Source: Raja brachyura (taxonomy: Eukaryota). From it: 64,000 nucleotides of DNA. Made by a program: the position numbers and the translations under genes. Under the pieces are notes generated by a model. That model saw only the letters and a list, made by a program, of their open reading frames with translations, was not told the DNA's origin and made no database searches. Below are positions 61,345 to 64,000 of the stretch, one piece after another (the stretch's first letter is position 1; every line of letters begins with the position of its first letter). Where the stretch lies: NCBI GenBank assembly GCA_963514005.1, contig OY740818.1:14942001-15006000 (forward strand), read 5' to 3'.

Positions 61345-63179
61345 GTAGGCATTTTTTCCTTCAGGATGTTACCAGTTAAAACCCAAGCTCTAATGCTGCC
61401 TCAGAACAAATCTTGGAAACAACACGTTCCCACATATCCTTCCCACTCATGCTCCCTCTCCATTTCTCCTTGTGTATTTTCTACTGGCTGATAGTGAACA
61501 TCTGCCATTTGAGATAAAGGGAATCCCAATACAAGATGTGGTCATTTATATGCTGGTGTGGAGTAGCCCCAGGATGTCATCACATCTCCAGCCTTGTCCC
61601 AATGATATATACACCTTCATCTTCAGGATCACAATCCAGGTGAAGGATCTTAATCTGAAACATCGACCGGCCATTTCCCTCCACAGATGGTGATGGATCC
61701 AATGACTTCCACCTGCGAATTGTTTGTTGCTCCTGATTCAAGCACCTACACCCTCTTGTGTGTCAGCATCCTCCGGTACTAGGTATGCTAACTTGAACAT
61801 TGATGTTCAAGTGGCTTCACCCTAACCACATCATGCACTGTTGGGACTAATCCAAAGCAGCATCCCTGAGAGAGAAATTATCTCTCACTTTCAACCTCAG
61901 ATGTTAAGGTCCTTCTCAATTGATTGTCCCCTGGCCATTCTAACCACACCTCTGACAAGAAGGATGAGGTCCCACTTATACCAAGATGGACACCTACTTT
62001 CAGTCTACCCTTTCCATTTCCCAACCACATAAGGCATGATTTAAGGATTCCACCCAATCCTGTGATCACACCGCATTGATAGTTCCATTTCCCCCATGAA
62101 CCAAGCTCCTATCGTTCATAAAGCCAATCTTCTGCACCCTTACTCCATTCTCACTATACATCTATATCAACTTCTCTTCCAGATACCCATGTGTGTTATG
62201 GTAAGTGGTCTCACCTCCCCTTCATAACCAACATGATCACCTTTAAACTGCAAAAATTGGCATTTCTCCCAATTAACTGTTTAACAATACTGCCCAATCT
62301 TTGCATACTGTTTTAGGGTAATACATTTTTATTATATGTCCTCCAAAAAGGTGTATTTACCTGCATTTCGTGGTGAAAAATCAAGGAAATATTTTCCCCA
62401 TAATATAAAGAAATGATTATATTTGTCAATTAGATTGAAATTTCTGTAGACTGGTTGATATTCAGAGCCGTCTCTTCTTGAGATGAAGAAGACATGGAAT
62501 AAAATGAAAATAACATCAAAATAAGAAATCCCCTCATCCAGAGAATGGATTTTGTCCTCTAGGGATATTTAACTTGTTAATAGTTTAAAACGAGGTTTGG
62601 ACAGATTAATAAAATATTTTAAAATAAAGTGCACTTTAGCTAGTGTGGCCCAACCCAAATATTACAGAGTAGAAACTATTGATGAACATGGTTAAAAAAA
62701 AGAAACCTGAAACTACAGTAACAAGAGGAATGGGAAGAATAGGATAGCCATTGGAAATAGCGACCAAATAGTGAACCTATCATTATAATGTGGACTCTGT
62801 GTACACAAAGCAATTATAACACTATCTGCAGTGAGAGAGACATCTTCCAAGGCATACTGAATGACTTCATATTGAATTGACTCCTTAGACTTTGTAGCAC
62901 CTGACAGCCTCTGTATGGCATACTTCACTCCTGATGTTAAGCCATGTTGAATGTTTTGCAAGCATACTTTACACAATGCCAACTTGTATCACAATTTCAA
63001 ACATGCCAGATCTGCTCACCATTTAATTTAATCCATCTGACTGACATTCAGCCTCATTTTCACCCATATCCAATTTGTATTATTTTCACTTTCTTTTCTC
63101 TTGAAGTTGATGCATAAATTAATTTTATCACCATATTGGGTTTGGTCTAAATTAACATTTATAGAATTTTAATCCAAGA

Positions 63180-64000
63180 AGAGGATTAGGCTGAGGGGAG
63201 ACCTGATAGATGTATATGAAATTATGAGTGGCATACATCATCATGAATTAATAAAGTTGGAAAAAAGAGCCAAGGGTATGAATTCATGGGGTGCATTTGG
63301 GATCATTTTTTAGAAGAATATATTATAGAGCCAGCAAACTTGGATCTGATAATAAGTAATATAGCAGGTTTTTAATTAATAGCCACAATATGATAATATT
63401 TTGTAATTAATTTGAGAGGGAGAAATTTAGGTCAGAAACAGTTGTGTTTAACTTAAAGCAAGGAATTACAATGAATTTGGATTTAATTGGCTATCGTTGA
63501 CTGGACTGATAAATTAATGGGGAAGACAATTGATGATGAAGGCAAATGGATAAGAAGGTAATTCATACCACTCAGCTGATTAATCATAGTAAGGAGAAAC
63601 ATTTCCATGGAAAAGATGAACCAAGCAGAGCAAATCAAGAAATTGAACAAAGGTATTTAAAGAGAAAACATATGAAGGCAAACATCAGCAGTGGACCTGA
63701 AGACTGGGATACATTCGGCATCAGGCAAAGGAGGCCAATCATAATAATAAATAGAGGAAATAAACTGAGAGCAAATATATGGGAGTGTACATCTGGACAA
63801 TAAGAGGTTCTTAAAGGAAGAATGAAGTCCCTCATCATTGGCCCCTTAAAGAATGAGCTTGTGAAATAGTTTTGAGGTAGAAAGTCGTGGCAGAGGAATT
63901 AAACGGAGACTTTGCACCCATTTTTATGGTTGAAGATACTACAAACATCCTATTAATACTGAATGATGAAGGGAGAAATTAAATACCGTCACCATCAGAA
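63180..64000 (+). mobile_element. Decayed CR1 fragments
   Basis: RLRGDLIDVYEIM motif at about 63185-63230, followed by decayed endonuclease-RT linker-like sequence. Confidence 0.55.

Overview
Vertebrate genomic DNA, most likely a cartilaginous fish (skate/ray-like). This is inferred from the repeat content: HE1/V-type SINEs, Deu-type SINEs, abundant CR1 LINEs and Penelope-like elements (PLEs). The window holds a complete + strand SYNPO2L (synaptopodin-2-like/CHAP) gene. Its four coding exons (5846-5950, 31847-31998, 32756-33669, 41434-44309) splice in frame to about 1348 aa with an N-terminal PDZ domain. An internal alternative first exon missing from the ORF track (35086-35188) would give the PDZ-less CHAPb-type isoform. 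The 5' part of MYOZ1 follows on the same strand (coding exons 60342-60417 and 61175-61344). A CpG-island promoter with a - strand splice donor (about 2750-3430) probably starts a divergent gene, SEC24C by synteny inference only. The rest is intron or intergenic DNA rich in transposons. The most notable non-genic signals are: (1) about 20 dispersed copies of a minimal hammerhead-ribozyme-like motif in PLE tails, many in short fold-back units; (2) a 33-bp perfect hairpin flanked by an 8-bp target-site duplication (TSD); (3) a GC-rich non-autonomous retro-element family with a covarying hairpin; (4) a Pro/Val/Met/Ser coding repeat expansion in SYNPO2L. All homology calls come from recalled family motifs, not database searches.
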